From a virus (lineage: Duplodnaviria; Heunggongvirae; Uroviricota; Caudoviricetes): a stretch of DNA of 45,423 bases. The stretch lies in the IMG/VR virus record IMGVR_UViG_2563366980_000004; one strand, written 5' to 3'. Positions 1-8,044 of the stretch are shown piece by piece; positions within the stretch are counted from its first letter, which is position 1; the number at the start of each line of letters is the position of its first letter. The notes below the pieces were generated by a model that saw only the letters and a list, made by a program, of their open reading frames with translations, was not told where the DNA came from and ran no database searches. The position numbers and the translations under genes are program-made.

Positions 1-90
1 TTGCCTCCCCCCCGTTGATGGGTAAAATAGCCGCAATTTTTCGTTTTCAACAAGCGCGGCGCGATGCCGCTTACTCAAGAAGAAAGAATT

Positions 91-165
91 ATGACGTTGT
101 CTCCTTATTTGCAAGAGGTGGCGAAGCGCCGCACTTTTGCCATTATTTCTCACCCCAATAATTAA
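91..165 (+). pseudogene. prfC: 5' remnant of peptide chain release factor 3 gene (prfC'), truncated at the prophage junction
   Basis: ATG at 91 preceded by AAGAAGAAAG; translation [22 protein letters not shown] matches the RF3 N-terminus as I recall it up to the start of the GTPase P-loop, then diverges (NN-stop) where phage DNA begins. Confidence 0.55.
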
Positions 166-319
166 GTCCAAATTAAAGCTCTTTCACTCTTTCAAAATCC
201 TTTCAGTTAATTGAGGTCGAGCTATATAACTCATTTAAATACATTTGGTTATGTGACTTCTTTAATTGAAAATTCTTTCATGTAACTTTAAATCGATCAG
301 GTTGCTTTCATCAAAAATC

Positions 320-376
320 TGTACATATGCTTGTACATAATGTACAAAGCAGCAGAGGTGTTTTGCGATTTGTACA
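320..376. promoter_or_regulatory. Cluster of four TGTACA motifs overlapping the integrase promoter/leader
   Basis: TGTACA at about 320, 332, 341 and 371; TTGTACAtaaTGTACAA forms a near-palindrome about 40 bp upstream of the int ATG. Confidence 0.35.
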
Positions 377-385
377 AGGTGAGTA

Positions 386-1600
386 ATGGCGCTGTCTGAT
401 GCGTGGTTGCGTTCAGTCGTTGGAAAGGAACGTGATAAGGTTTTGGTTAAATCCGATCGTGATGGTCTGTCTGTCAGAGTATCACCGAAAGGTCGCGTAG
501 TGTTCCAATATCGTTATCAATGGGCAGGGAAAGGTGAGCGTCTTGATATCGGAACTTACCCGGCAACTGGATTAAAAGAGGCCAGAGAAGAAGTTATTCG
601 TCTCCGTGGTGAACTCGAGTCAAACCGTAATCCACGATTGGTCAAGCAGGCTGAAAAACGAAAAGCTACTGAAGCCATGACGGTAGAGTCTGTGATCCGT
701 GCCTGGTATGAAGCATATTGTGTAAAAAATAAAAAAGGTTCTGAACAGATACTCCGCTCGTTTGAGCTGCACCTGTTCTCTAAAATCGGGAATATCCCTC
801 ACGATGCAGCTACATTGCATGATTGGTTAGAAGTCCTGGAGCCTCTTAGCACTAAGACTCCAGCAATAGCAGACCGATTGCTAATTAACGCAAAGCAGGC
901 CCATGTCTGGGCGTATAAGAGAAAGCTCATTGAAACTCGCCCGCTGTCGGATATCACGGGTAAAGATATGGATATCCGTAAAGGTCAGAAGAAACGGTTT
1001 CTGACACATGATGAAATTAAAATCCTTTATGCTGCGATCGATGGTTCTCGAATGGTTCCTAAATACCGGGCCTTCATTAAACTATTGCTTCATTTTGGTT
1101 GCCGTAGTTCAGAGCTAATTACCGCCAGGGTGGACGATTTTGATTTCATTAATAAAGTATGGACTGTACCACCAGAACGACATAAGACTGGGGAGATAAC
1201 AGGCGAACCGCTAAAGCGGCCCATTATTGAACCGGTTGAAGAGCTTATAAAGTACGCTATTTCTATGAACAATGGTTCCGATATGCTTTTTACTAAGGAA
1301 GGAAGCAGGGAACCCGTTGGTCGGACATCATTGCAGTCGCTGCCTTACAATTTAATGCAGTATGCATGGCGGCGTTTGGGTTATCAATTCCCTCATTGGT
1401 CTCTTCATGATTTGAGGCGAACAGCACGAACAAACTTTTCTGATCTTACTGCGCCTCATATTGCAGAAATTATGCTAGGTCATAAACTGCCAGGGGTATG
1501 GCAAGTTTATGACAAGAGCGATTATCTAGAAGAACAGCGTAAAGCCTACCAAGCGTGGTGGGAGAGGGTTGAATCGATCGTTACTTGTACTGGTTCATAA
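386..1600 (+). CDS. int: Tyrosine-type site-specific integrase
   Basis: 404-aa ORF with AAGGTGAG RBS; N-terminal arm-binding-like region and C-terminal catalytic region with the conserved HxLRRT-like signature (HDLRRTART) and a tyrosine near the C-terminus (VYDKSDY); first phage gene next to the junction. Confidence 0.9.
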   Translation: MALSDAWLRSVVGKERDKVLVKSDRDGLSVRVSPKGRVVFQYRYQWAGKGERLDIGTYPATGLKEAREEVIRLRGELESNRNPRLVKQAEKRKATEAMTVESVIRAWYEAYCVKNKKGSEQILRSFELHLFSKIGNIPHDAATLHDWLEVLEPLSTKTPAIADRLLINAKQAHVWAYKRKLIETRPLSDITGKDMDIRKGQKKRFLTHDEIKILYAAIDGSRMVPKYRAFIKLLLHFGCRSSELITARVDDFDFINKVWTVPPERHKTGEITGEPLKRPIIEPVEELIKYAISMNNGSDMLFTKEGSREPVGRTSLQSLPYNLMQYAWRRLGYQFPHWSLHDLRRTARTNFSDLTAPHIAEIMLGHKLPGVWQVYDKSDYLEEQRKAYQAWWERVESIVTCTGS

Positions 1601-1808
1601 TCGAAATGATATTTTGCATATCTAGTACGCAATAAAATATGACAGTCCGCTTTGAGCTGCGGGCATTGCTAGCAGCATTTTCTGTGAAGTAACGGGAGGT
1701 TGTTCAATATTGCCTCTGAAAAGGATAACCATTCAATTCTTCATTGAAAAAACTCATCGAAGATTTTATGGAGGGATGCAATTTATTTTGAGCGAATTTA
1801 ATTCATCA

Positions 1809-1893
1809 CTAATGATCCTACATAGTTATTGCCTTGCTCACTAAAAGGTGAGATTTCATTAGCTCACCAACAATAATTAAATAGGATCATTAG
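1809..1893. repeat. Perfect 12-bp inverted repeat (CTAATGATCCTA / TAGGATCATTAG) flanking about 60 bp that holds a nested CTCAC/GTGAG hairpin
   Basis: Read directly in the AT-rich spacer between the int stop and the 3' end of the minus-strand moron. Confidence 0.35.
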
Positions 1894-1975
1894 CACTTTA
1901 TATCAGGCTATAATTTTAATAAATTACGTTATTTAAAGCCATTTTCTCCATCAAGTAATATCTTCATGCTAATGT

Positions 1976-2971
1976 TCACTTTTGTTTTAGCTTTATAATT
2001 TCTGATATCATAGTTGTTAGCTTTGAATCGGAAAGATTCTGCAGTCTATCTTTCTCAATAGAAACTGTAGTTTGTCCCTTTTCTAATATGAAATTTCTTT
2101 CTGTTTTCATTAAAAGCATTGCCAACTCTTTTATCATGTCTTCGTTCTTGAATTCTTGAGCATATTTTAGAGACATGACTTTCATCTCAATATTTGTGAT
2201 TTCATTCTGAAAATATTTGATTTCGTCAAACCCATTTTTATAGAGGCGTAGAAAAAAATAAGCAAACAATTCAACGACTATTACAAATGATAATTTAGGA
2301 AGGTGATGAATAAAAAATCCCACCCCATCCACAATGTCTGGCGCGCTGTAAAGAAAGTAAGCAAGAGATAATATCCCTGTCAACGCAATTATTGTTCCGA
2401 TTGCAAGGTTAAGCCCACCTCGTCGATTGAGTCTGTCTATTTCAGACTCTAATCTTAGAACCATATCAGTATGGAGTTTATGTAAGCTGTAGCTCTTCTT
2501 AAAATCAGATATATCGCTTTTTAGGCTGTTATCTGCCAGAAGTATTGTGTTTCCAATTATTCTCTTTTTTGCATCGGATATTAACTTCTCCCTTTCACTC
2601 TCTGTTATTTCAATGGAAACTCCGGAAGATGTTCTATTTTCAATTTCGCTCAATTTTTTATTTAGCTTAACTATTTCTTTGTGAAAAATATATCTCGTGT
2701 TTTCAATATCTCTACCACCAATTCCTTTGTTTAAATAAGAAGTCATTATTGCGACAAAAGAACCAACAAAAACTAGGGCAGTTGCTGTAAATAAAATAAA
2801 CTCTTTCTTCTCGTTTATTAAATTTACTATTGATGATGATTCCAGTTGAATGTCTGAAAGCGAAGTTTTAAGCACAAAATTCATCACAGGTGAAACCATG
2901 ATTATGGCAACAACTATAATAAATCCATATTTTTTTATAATGTAAATAAGAAGGCCAAATAAATCTTTCAT
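1976..2971 (-). CDS. Hypothetical integral membrane protein with four predicted TM helices and coiled-coil segments (AT-rich moron)
   Basis: 338-aa ORF (TTG at 2992; first ATG at 2971); hydrophobic segments at roughly residues 15-37, 66-87, 195-217 and 232-250 separated by K/E-rich heptad-like regions; markedly AT-rich relative to flanking phage genes; no family recognised. Confidence 0.7.
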   Translation of the reverse strand: MKDLFGLLIYIIKKYGFIIVVAIIMVSPVMNFVLKTSLSDIQLESSSIVNLINEKKEFILFTATALVFVGSFVAIMTSYLNKGIGGRDIENTRYIFHKEIVKLNKKLSEIENRTSSGVSIEITESEREKLISDAKKRIIGNTILLADNSLKSDISDFKKSYSLHKLHTDMVLRLESEIDRLNRRGGLNLAIGTIIALTGILSLAYFLYSAPDIVDGVGFFIHHLPKLSFVIVVELFAYFFLRLYKNGFDEIKYFQNEITNIEMKVMSLKYAQEFKNEDMIKELAMLLMKTERNFILEKGQTTVSIEKDRLQNLSDSKLTTMISEIIKLKQK

Positions 2972-3344
2972 TTTATCTTTTACCTGAAACAAATTTTTAT
3001 TAAAGTAACTTAAAAAATGATTGATTGCAAGATTTACTATTGCTGTTCATTTTAAATTACTATACCCCCCTATGCATACATATAATCCCATAGGGGAGAA
3101 GTTTATTAGTTAGTTAAGTTGAAGGCTATACCTACAATCTAATTCCCCTCCAACCTAACATGCACAAGCGTCAACCTATCGGTAGTGATAATTTTATGAG
3201 GATACGTATAAACAAGATTCTGAGTTGCTCCTATTCATTAAGACAATACATTTTGTAACTTCTGCTTTTGGCTCAGGGTGGGGTGTGAGATTAGGTTTGG
3301 CTCTGTGCCATAGATGTGTCAGTTCACATCTGAGCTAATACACA

Positions 3345-3539
3345 TTACTCAATCACTCCAGCAAACCTATATATCTTGTGTGACGCCCATTTATTTGGGC
3401 ATGATTTAATATCAGGATCTGGAAAATCAGGCCTGTATTTCTGGCCAGTTCTCCGGTTTACGCTGTTCCAGCGAAGAACTGTCGATACTGAAACGCCACA
3501 GAAGTCGGCGACTTGTTTAGTTGTCATTAAGTTGTTCAT
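3345..3539 (-). CDS. AlpA/excisionase-like small DNA-binding protein
   Basis: 64 aa; TKQVADFCGVSVSTVLRW helix-turn-helix followed by an FPxP motif, as in AlpA/Xis-family proteins; sits at the head of the leftward operon facing int. Confidence 0.7.
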   Translation of the reverse strand: MNNLMTTKQVADFCGVSVSTVLRWNSVNRRTGQKYRPDFPDPDIKSCPNKWASHKIYRFAGVIE

Positions 3540-4333
3540 TACTTCACCTCCTGCGGCGGTTCCGGTAGCGGCATCCAGTGGGTTACTTTCGATGCCGGTT
3601 CTTCCACATCGTCAGTAACTGCCCACCATTTGTTTCTCGACCAATCGTAATACCCTTCGAAGGTATCGCACTCAGTCCAGCCGTAAGACTTCCCCCAACA
3701 CCAAACATACTGTTTATCGTTCGGCATTCGCTCACTACAGCTTATCCAACCATCCGGAGTTACCGGAGAGTTGCCCGATAGCGCATTACGCAATCGCTCC
3801 AGCTTCACGTATTCCTGAACCCTGTTTCCGTCGCATGCCTGAAGCCATTGCGCAGCCTTTTGCGCATCAGTGTGAAAGGCACAAGTGCGACCGTCATCAA
3901 ATTGCATTTCGTAGAGGTCAGCAACTTGTTCAAACTGCGTGTGTTGTGACTTGTAAGTTTGGCTTACAGGTTCGGCACCATGAAGCATGGCGGCGCGGCA
4001 GGCGTTCCAGCCATCAACATAATCAAACGTATTGCTATCGTCTGGCTCGATTTCATCTGGCACTATCAGCACCGGCTGGACGGTGACATTGGCAAAGGCA
4101 GCACGCAACCCGGTTTTAATTTCTTCGATTTCATCAGAGCCAAGCGATGAGTCAGAAAGCGCATGGTGGAATGCGTAAGCCATGTCGTCGTTTACTGCCA
4201 CCGGCTCTGCTTCCAGTGATGCCAGCGCGATAAGCGCCAGCTCACGAATTTCACCGCCGTCTATATCGTCAATGTCATCGCGGCCAGAAATGTTAGCCAG
4301 CCATTGCAGTCGCTCTTTGGAAATAGTGATCAT
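3539..4333 (-). CDS. Phage protein with C-terminal DUF551 domain
   Basis: 264 aa; C-terminal W-rich region ending VTHWMPLPEPP is characteristic of DUF551; N-terminal domain is paralogous to ORF 4697..5053. Confidence 0.8.
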   Translation of the reverse strand: MITISKERLQWLANISGRDDIDDIDGGEIRELALIALASLEAEPVAVNDDMAYAFHHALSDSSLGSDEIEEIKTGLRAAFANVTVQPVLIVPDEIEPDDSNTFDYVDGWNACRAAMLHGAEPVSQTYKSQHTQFEQVADLYEMQFDDGRTCAFHTDAQKAAQWLQACDGNRVQEYVKLERLRNALSGNSPVTPDGWISCSERMPNDKQYVWCWGKSYGWTECDTFEGYYDWSRNKWWAVTDDVEEPASKVTHWMPLPEPPQEVK

Positions 4334-4695
4334 GCCGTAGCCCCTTCTTGATATTTTTCAAACCAGAACACAACCGGGTCAGATTTCATTTCAACCAATC
4401 CCATACGAACCAGCGCCTTGCCTTTCCCGGACGCAAGGAATTCACGACGACCATCACTGATAATTCGCCGATAGTCTTCCAGGCTACTGCAATGCTTGTG
4501 CAGATTGCATGGGTGGCATGCCGGAACCATGTTGGATATATCGTCACGCTCCTGGTGAAGCATATTTCCATCAAAACGAATGACCGGTTTTACATGATCT
4601 GCATGCCACTTTTCGCCAAGTTCGCAGCCGCAATAAGCGCAGCGACCACCGAACTTCATGCGCAGTTCTGCACGTTGTTTTTTCGTCAGTGCCAT
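4330..4695 (-). CDS. HNH endonuclease
   Basis: Start taken at MALTKKQ; motifs GGRCAYCGCEL...WHADHVKP...CHPCN are a classic HNH zinc-finger nuclease signature; overlaps flanking genes by a few nt. Confidence 0.8.
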   Translation of the reverse strand: MALTKKQRAELRMKFGGRCAYCGCELGEKWHADHVKPVIRFDGNMLHQERDDISNMVPACHPCNLHKHCSSLEDYRRIISDGRREFLASGKGKALVRMGLVEMKSDPVVFWFEKYQEGATA

Positions 4696-4696
4696 A

Positions 4697-5053
4697 TCAC
4701 TCTCCTTTCCCCTGAAGCATGGCTTCGCGGCAATCGTTCCATCCTTCAGCATAATCACTATACGCAAGAGGCCAACCTCTTATGTATTCACGCGGCAACT
4801 TATCAGGCACTACCAGCGCTGGCGGCGCGGTGTAAAGCTGGTGCGTTCCATCTGGCAGCGAGTGACCTACATACTCACCGACCCCGTCAACACACATGCA
4901 CCCATCCTCAATAATGCATTCCGCTACAGGCTCTGCCTCCAGCGATGCCAGCGCAATTTCATAAGCACGGCGCTCAATATTGTCTCTAACGTCCAGGCTA
5001 CCGATTCGCTCTTTGATTTCTTTAATCAGTTCCTTATCGGTGAAAGTGGTCAT
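4697..5053 (-). CDS. Hypothetical phage protein (YfdT-like; paralog of the N-terminal domain of 3539..4333)
   Basis: 118 aa; shares IALASLEAEPVA and GWNxCRxAML motifs with the 264-aa DUF551 protein. Confidence 0.7.
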   Translation of the reverse strand: MTTFTDKELIKEIKERIGSLDVRDNIERRAYEIALASLEAEPVAECIIEDGCMCVDGVGEYVGHSLPDGTHQLYTAPPALVVPDKLPREYIRGWPLAYSDYAEGWNDCREAMLQGKGE

Positions 5054-5415
5054 TATGCCCCAGCCTCCGGTGCTTTTGGCATTACTGCCCAGTGAGTGAT
5101 ATTGACGTTTTCAAGGTCCCCGACCTGAAATGTCCACTGCCATTCTCCGGTTTCTTTTTGTCCCCAGGTGTACCAGAGAGAACGCCAGCCAATCAGCCAG
5201 CCTTCTCCGTTAATATCAAATAACAGAACACTTTCATTTGCTGGTGGAAGTTCAACTGACACTGGTATTACTTTGTTTTCCAGTGCCGCACATTTAGCTT
5301 CAAGCGCATCGAATTTACGTACCAGATACTCAGCATTTGTTTCATTCACTTTCAGATCTCGCGGTACACATTTCCCGCGAAGAAACCCTTCCATTTCGAA
5401 AACATTCATGCGCAT
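5053..5415 (-). CDS. Hypothetical phage protein with DUF551-like C-terminus (YfdS-like)
   Basis: 120 aa; W-rich C-terminus ending ITHWAVMPKAPE resembles DUF551. Confidence 0.7.
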   Translation of the reverse strand: MRMNVFEMEGFLRGKCVPRDLKVNETNAEYLVRKFDALEAKCAALENKVIPVSVELPPANESVLLFDINGEGWLIGWRSLWYTWGQKETGEWQWTFQVGDLENVNITHWAVMPKAPEAGA

Positions 5416-5942
5416 TTGCGTAACTCCGATAACTCGTTAAAACGTTCCATAAACATCCCATAGGCATGGCCTGGCGACAGTGGAATAACTTTGAACATCT
5501 CTGTTGCCGGGATACCTTCCAGTACAGGCCAGAAAGAGCCATCATCAAGCCCGAGATCGCGGCGTTCGGTTGCCAGCATGATGAGATCGGCATATTTCAC
5601 AGGCGTGCTCATAACCGGGGGTAACCCGTATTTCTCACGGATTACGGCGTCTATTTTTTCTTCCATCCGTTTATAGTCAGGAAGAAGGCGTTTCAGTGGC
5701 GCGGGGATGTCCTGGCAATACGCTTCTGTTGCATCATGCATTAACGCTTCAAAAGCAAATTCCTGCGGCACCAGCTGGCTGCAAAGCACCGCATGCTGGG
5801 CGACGCTGTAGAAGTGTGAAAGATGTCCTGCAAAGCGACAGATATTTGAAAGGGAAACCGCGATATCGTTAATCACGATGTCGTCTTTATTTATCCTGTC
5901 ATAATAAAAATGCTTCCCGGAAAAAGTTTTAATAAATGACAT
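5406..5942 (-). CDS. HD-domain phosphohydrolase (YfdR-like)
   Basis: Start taken at MSFIKT (ORF-track frame arithmetic); HD-type metal-binding residues (H...HD...D) in NICRFAGH...EALMHDATEAY. Confidence 0.8.
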   Translation of the reverse strand: MSFIKTFSGKHFYYDRINKDDIVINDIAVSLSNICRFAGHLSHFYSVAQHAVLCSQLVPQEFAFEALMHDATEAYCQDIPAPLKRLLPDYKRMEEKIDAVIREKYGLPPVMSTPVKYADLIMLATERRDLGLDDGSFWPVLEGIPATEMFKVIPLSPGHAYGMFMERFNELSELRKCA

Positions 5943-6069
5943 TTTGTTCTCCACGTATATGTGCTGCACCACGCTGAATTCTGGTAAAAGGAAGCCCTCA
6001 CCATCCGGTGATTATTGAGTTAATTACGTTTCCATAAATGCCCCCGCAGGGGCATTTGCAGTAATGAAA

Positions 6070-6894
6070 TCAGGCGGTGAAAGTACCAATAAAGGTTTCT
6101 ACTTTGCTGTCCTTGAATTTCTCAACAAGCAGATCACGAAATTCGTTAGCCATTTCCTCCTGCACTGCTTCCAGCTGAATAATGCGCAGAACCAGTACAG
6201 GACGATCGCCAGTGAGAATGCTGAGGCGTAATTTAAACGGACGTTCTTTCAGGCCTTCAAACGGAACGCATTTAAATTCAAATGCCACTGGCATAATGTC
6301 TTTGGTTTTCGCTTCGACAGACTCCATCAGGGAGCGTTTGCCGCTGAAGTCATTGTCTTCAAAATCAGCGGTCTGGTTTGCTTCAATCGTGATTTTACGG
6401 ACTGCCGCAGCTGCTTTTGTTGCCTGAATAGCGTCACCATTAGCATCAAAGCCCACAAGGTAGTCGGCCCAGTCTTCAATCCATTCTGCCAGTGACTTCT
6501 GGGAGTTACGCTCGCCATTAACAGACAACAGAGCAGAGAACGGTGCTGTCTTTTTCAGTTTGAGAGTGGCGGTGTTATCTGCGTGACCTGGTTCATCAAT
6601 AGTACCCAGATTAAGCACACTGACAGCACGCATATTATCAGCATCGATAAAGCAGCGGGTGCCTTCATCTGCAAGATCTTTAGAATAACGGGTAAAGTCA
6701 TCGATGCTGGCAGTGGAAAGCGCACCACGGAAACGGAAGCGATTTAAATTAAATTTTTCCAGATCATGAATGCGGAAATTCTCAGGCAATGCCACAGCAT
6801 CGGCACCAATCTTACTGATAATTTCATTAACACCCTGAGCAGAAATAAGGGCATGGATTTGATTAATTGCGGTTGCGTCTAAGTTCTGAGACAT
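6070..6894 (-). CDS. DUF2303 family phage protein (YfdQ-like)
   Basis: 274 aa, same length and general sequence character as E. coli prophage YfdQ; conserved early-left position. Confidence 0.75.
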   Translation of the reverse strand: MSQNLDATAINQIHALISAQGVNEIISKIGADAVALPENFRIHDLEKFNLNRFRFRGALSTASIDDFTRYSKDLADEGTRCFIDADNMRAVSVLNLGTIDEPGHADNTATLKLKKTAPFSALLSVNGERNSQKSLAEWIEDWADYLVGFDANGDAIQATKAAAAVRKITIEANQTADFEDNDFSGKRSLMESVEAKTKDIMPVAFEFKCVPFEGLKERPFKLRLSILTGDRPVLVLRIIQLEAVQEEMANEFRDLLVEKFKDSKVETFIGTFTA

Positions 6895-6959
6895 AATAAG
6901 TCCTCACTATATAAAGATATTCAGTGATGAGATAAATAATCAGTTTATTAAAAACGATA

Positions 6960-7322
6960 TTAACGACCAGCTGCGCGGAGTTTTCCGTCAGGTTCACCGG
7001 CAAGAGTCAGTAATTGTCCCTGGTCTTCCTGCAGAATAGTCAGGCGACCACCGCGATTGACATACATCGGCGTTTCGGTGGTGTCTTCTTCGGAAATTTT
7101 CCCGCGGTTAGTTGGGCGAACATATGAGAGTTTGTGTTTGATTTTCACACGGTTCTCATCAAACGGTTCGATTTCCAGATTGAGTGAGACCTTCCCTTTG
7201 GTTTTCGTGTTCATCACACCGGAAGCGACTTCACTTAGAACTGCGCCGATTTTTGTTTCAAATACGCCGCCGTCCAGCTCCCCGATAAATGCCTGCACAT
7301 CAGTACTGCGTTCACTAGCCAT
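6960..7322 (-). CDS. Hypothetical early-left phage protein (YfdP-like)
   Basis: Start taken at internal MASERSTD (ATG 7322); the upstream in-frame extension to 7508 looks non-coding (C/H/R-rich and overlaps a 10-bp inverted repeat). Confidence 0.6.
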   Translation of the reverse strand: MASERSTDVQAFIGELDGGVFETKIGAVLSEVASGVMNTKTKGKVSLNLEIEPFDENRVKIKHKLSYVRPTNRGKISEEDTTETPMYVNRGGRLTILQEDQGQLLTLAGEPDGKLRAAGR

Positions 7323-7950
7323 TTTGCTGCTCCTCATCATATCGACCCTGCAATGTCGGTTAGTTTCTCCACAAAACAGAGAAGAACACCTGCGGTGGTA
7401 GCCGCCCGGATGGATTGGGTTATGAGCCCGTCGTCCGATGATGTTCTTCTCTGTTTTGTAAAAAGAGCGGTACCAGCCGGAAGCAAGTGTACAAACTGGT
7501 ACCGCCAAAGCAGTGGCTGTTGTGGTGACCGGTGCTGATCTCCGGCTTGCGGTTATTTCAGACTCTCACGGGCATTTAATTGCCCCGCCGAACAGCTCTT
7601 TTCCGCAATAGCTGCAATGTCTTTCGCGCATCAGCCTGCGCATTCACCACAACGCTGAGAGCACTTAGCCAGTTACGGCACCACACTTTGTCGCGGTTCC
7701 ATAAATGCCCTCATCGTTGCACCCTGGTCTCTTCCCAGGCGTCAAACCGAATCGCCACGCTGGTTAGGCGTCTTATCAGCATCATCATTGACTTGCACAT
7801 TCCGGCTACCTGGTTTGTTTGCCCGAGCAAGGAGTGGATTGTCCCCTTTAACGTCCCCAGACCGCTAACGACGCATGTGCCATACGCCGTGTTACAACCA
7901 AATTTTGTTAGTACCTTGTTTGTTTGTCTGGAAAGAAAGATAAAATGAAG

Positions 7951-7989
7951 TTGCGCATTATGCAAGTGTTTTTGTTGCGAGATATGCAA
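7951..7989. promoter_or_regulatory. Candidate OL: two 15-bp TTGC-N7-GCAA palindromic operator sites
   Basis: TTGCGCATTATGCAA (7951-7965) and TTGCGAGATATGCAA (7975-7989) have the same half-site pattern as the site in the cI-cro intergenic region; positioned just beyond the cI terminator, where lambda-like pL/OL would be. Confidence 0.45.
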
Positions 7990-8000
7990 TTTAATGGGTA

Positions 8001-8025
8001 ATGAAAAGCCACCTTCGGGTGGCTA
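8001..8025 (-). terminator. Intrinsic terminator downstream of cI
   Basis: GCCACC-UUCG-GGUGGC tetraloop hairpin followed on the minus strand by TTTTCATT, about 20 nt after the cI stop. Confidence 0.5.
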
Positions 8026-8044
8026 ATTGATGAGGAGGTAAGGG

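Noticed and set aside
1-385. tRNA or tmRNA gene as the integration target at the left end
   Set aside because: No tRNA-like cloverleaf features recognised; the left end instead reads as the prfC 5' coding region. Not verified with tRNA-search software.
6960-7508. Full-length 182-aa version of the YfdP-like ORF
   Set aside because: The N-terminal 62 codons are C/H/R-rich, overlap a 10-bp inverted repeat and have no RBS; the internal start MASERS (7322) gives a compact protein consistent with the recalled YfdP length.
7580-7989. ORFs 7580..7948 (+) and 7711..7989 (-) in the cI-distal leader
   Set aside because: Implausible amino-acid composition, no RBS, and they overlap the operator-like palindromes and the terminator hairpin; treated as non-coding.
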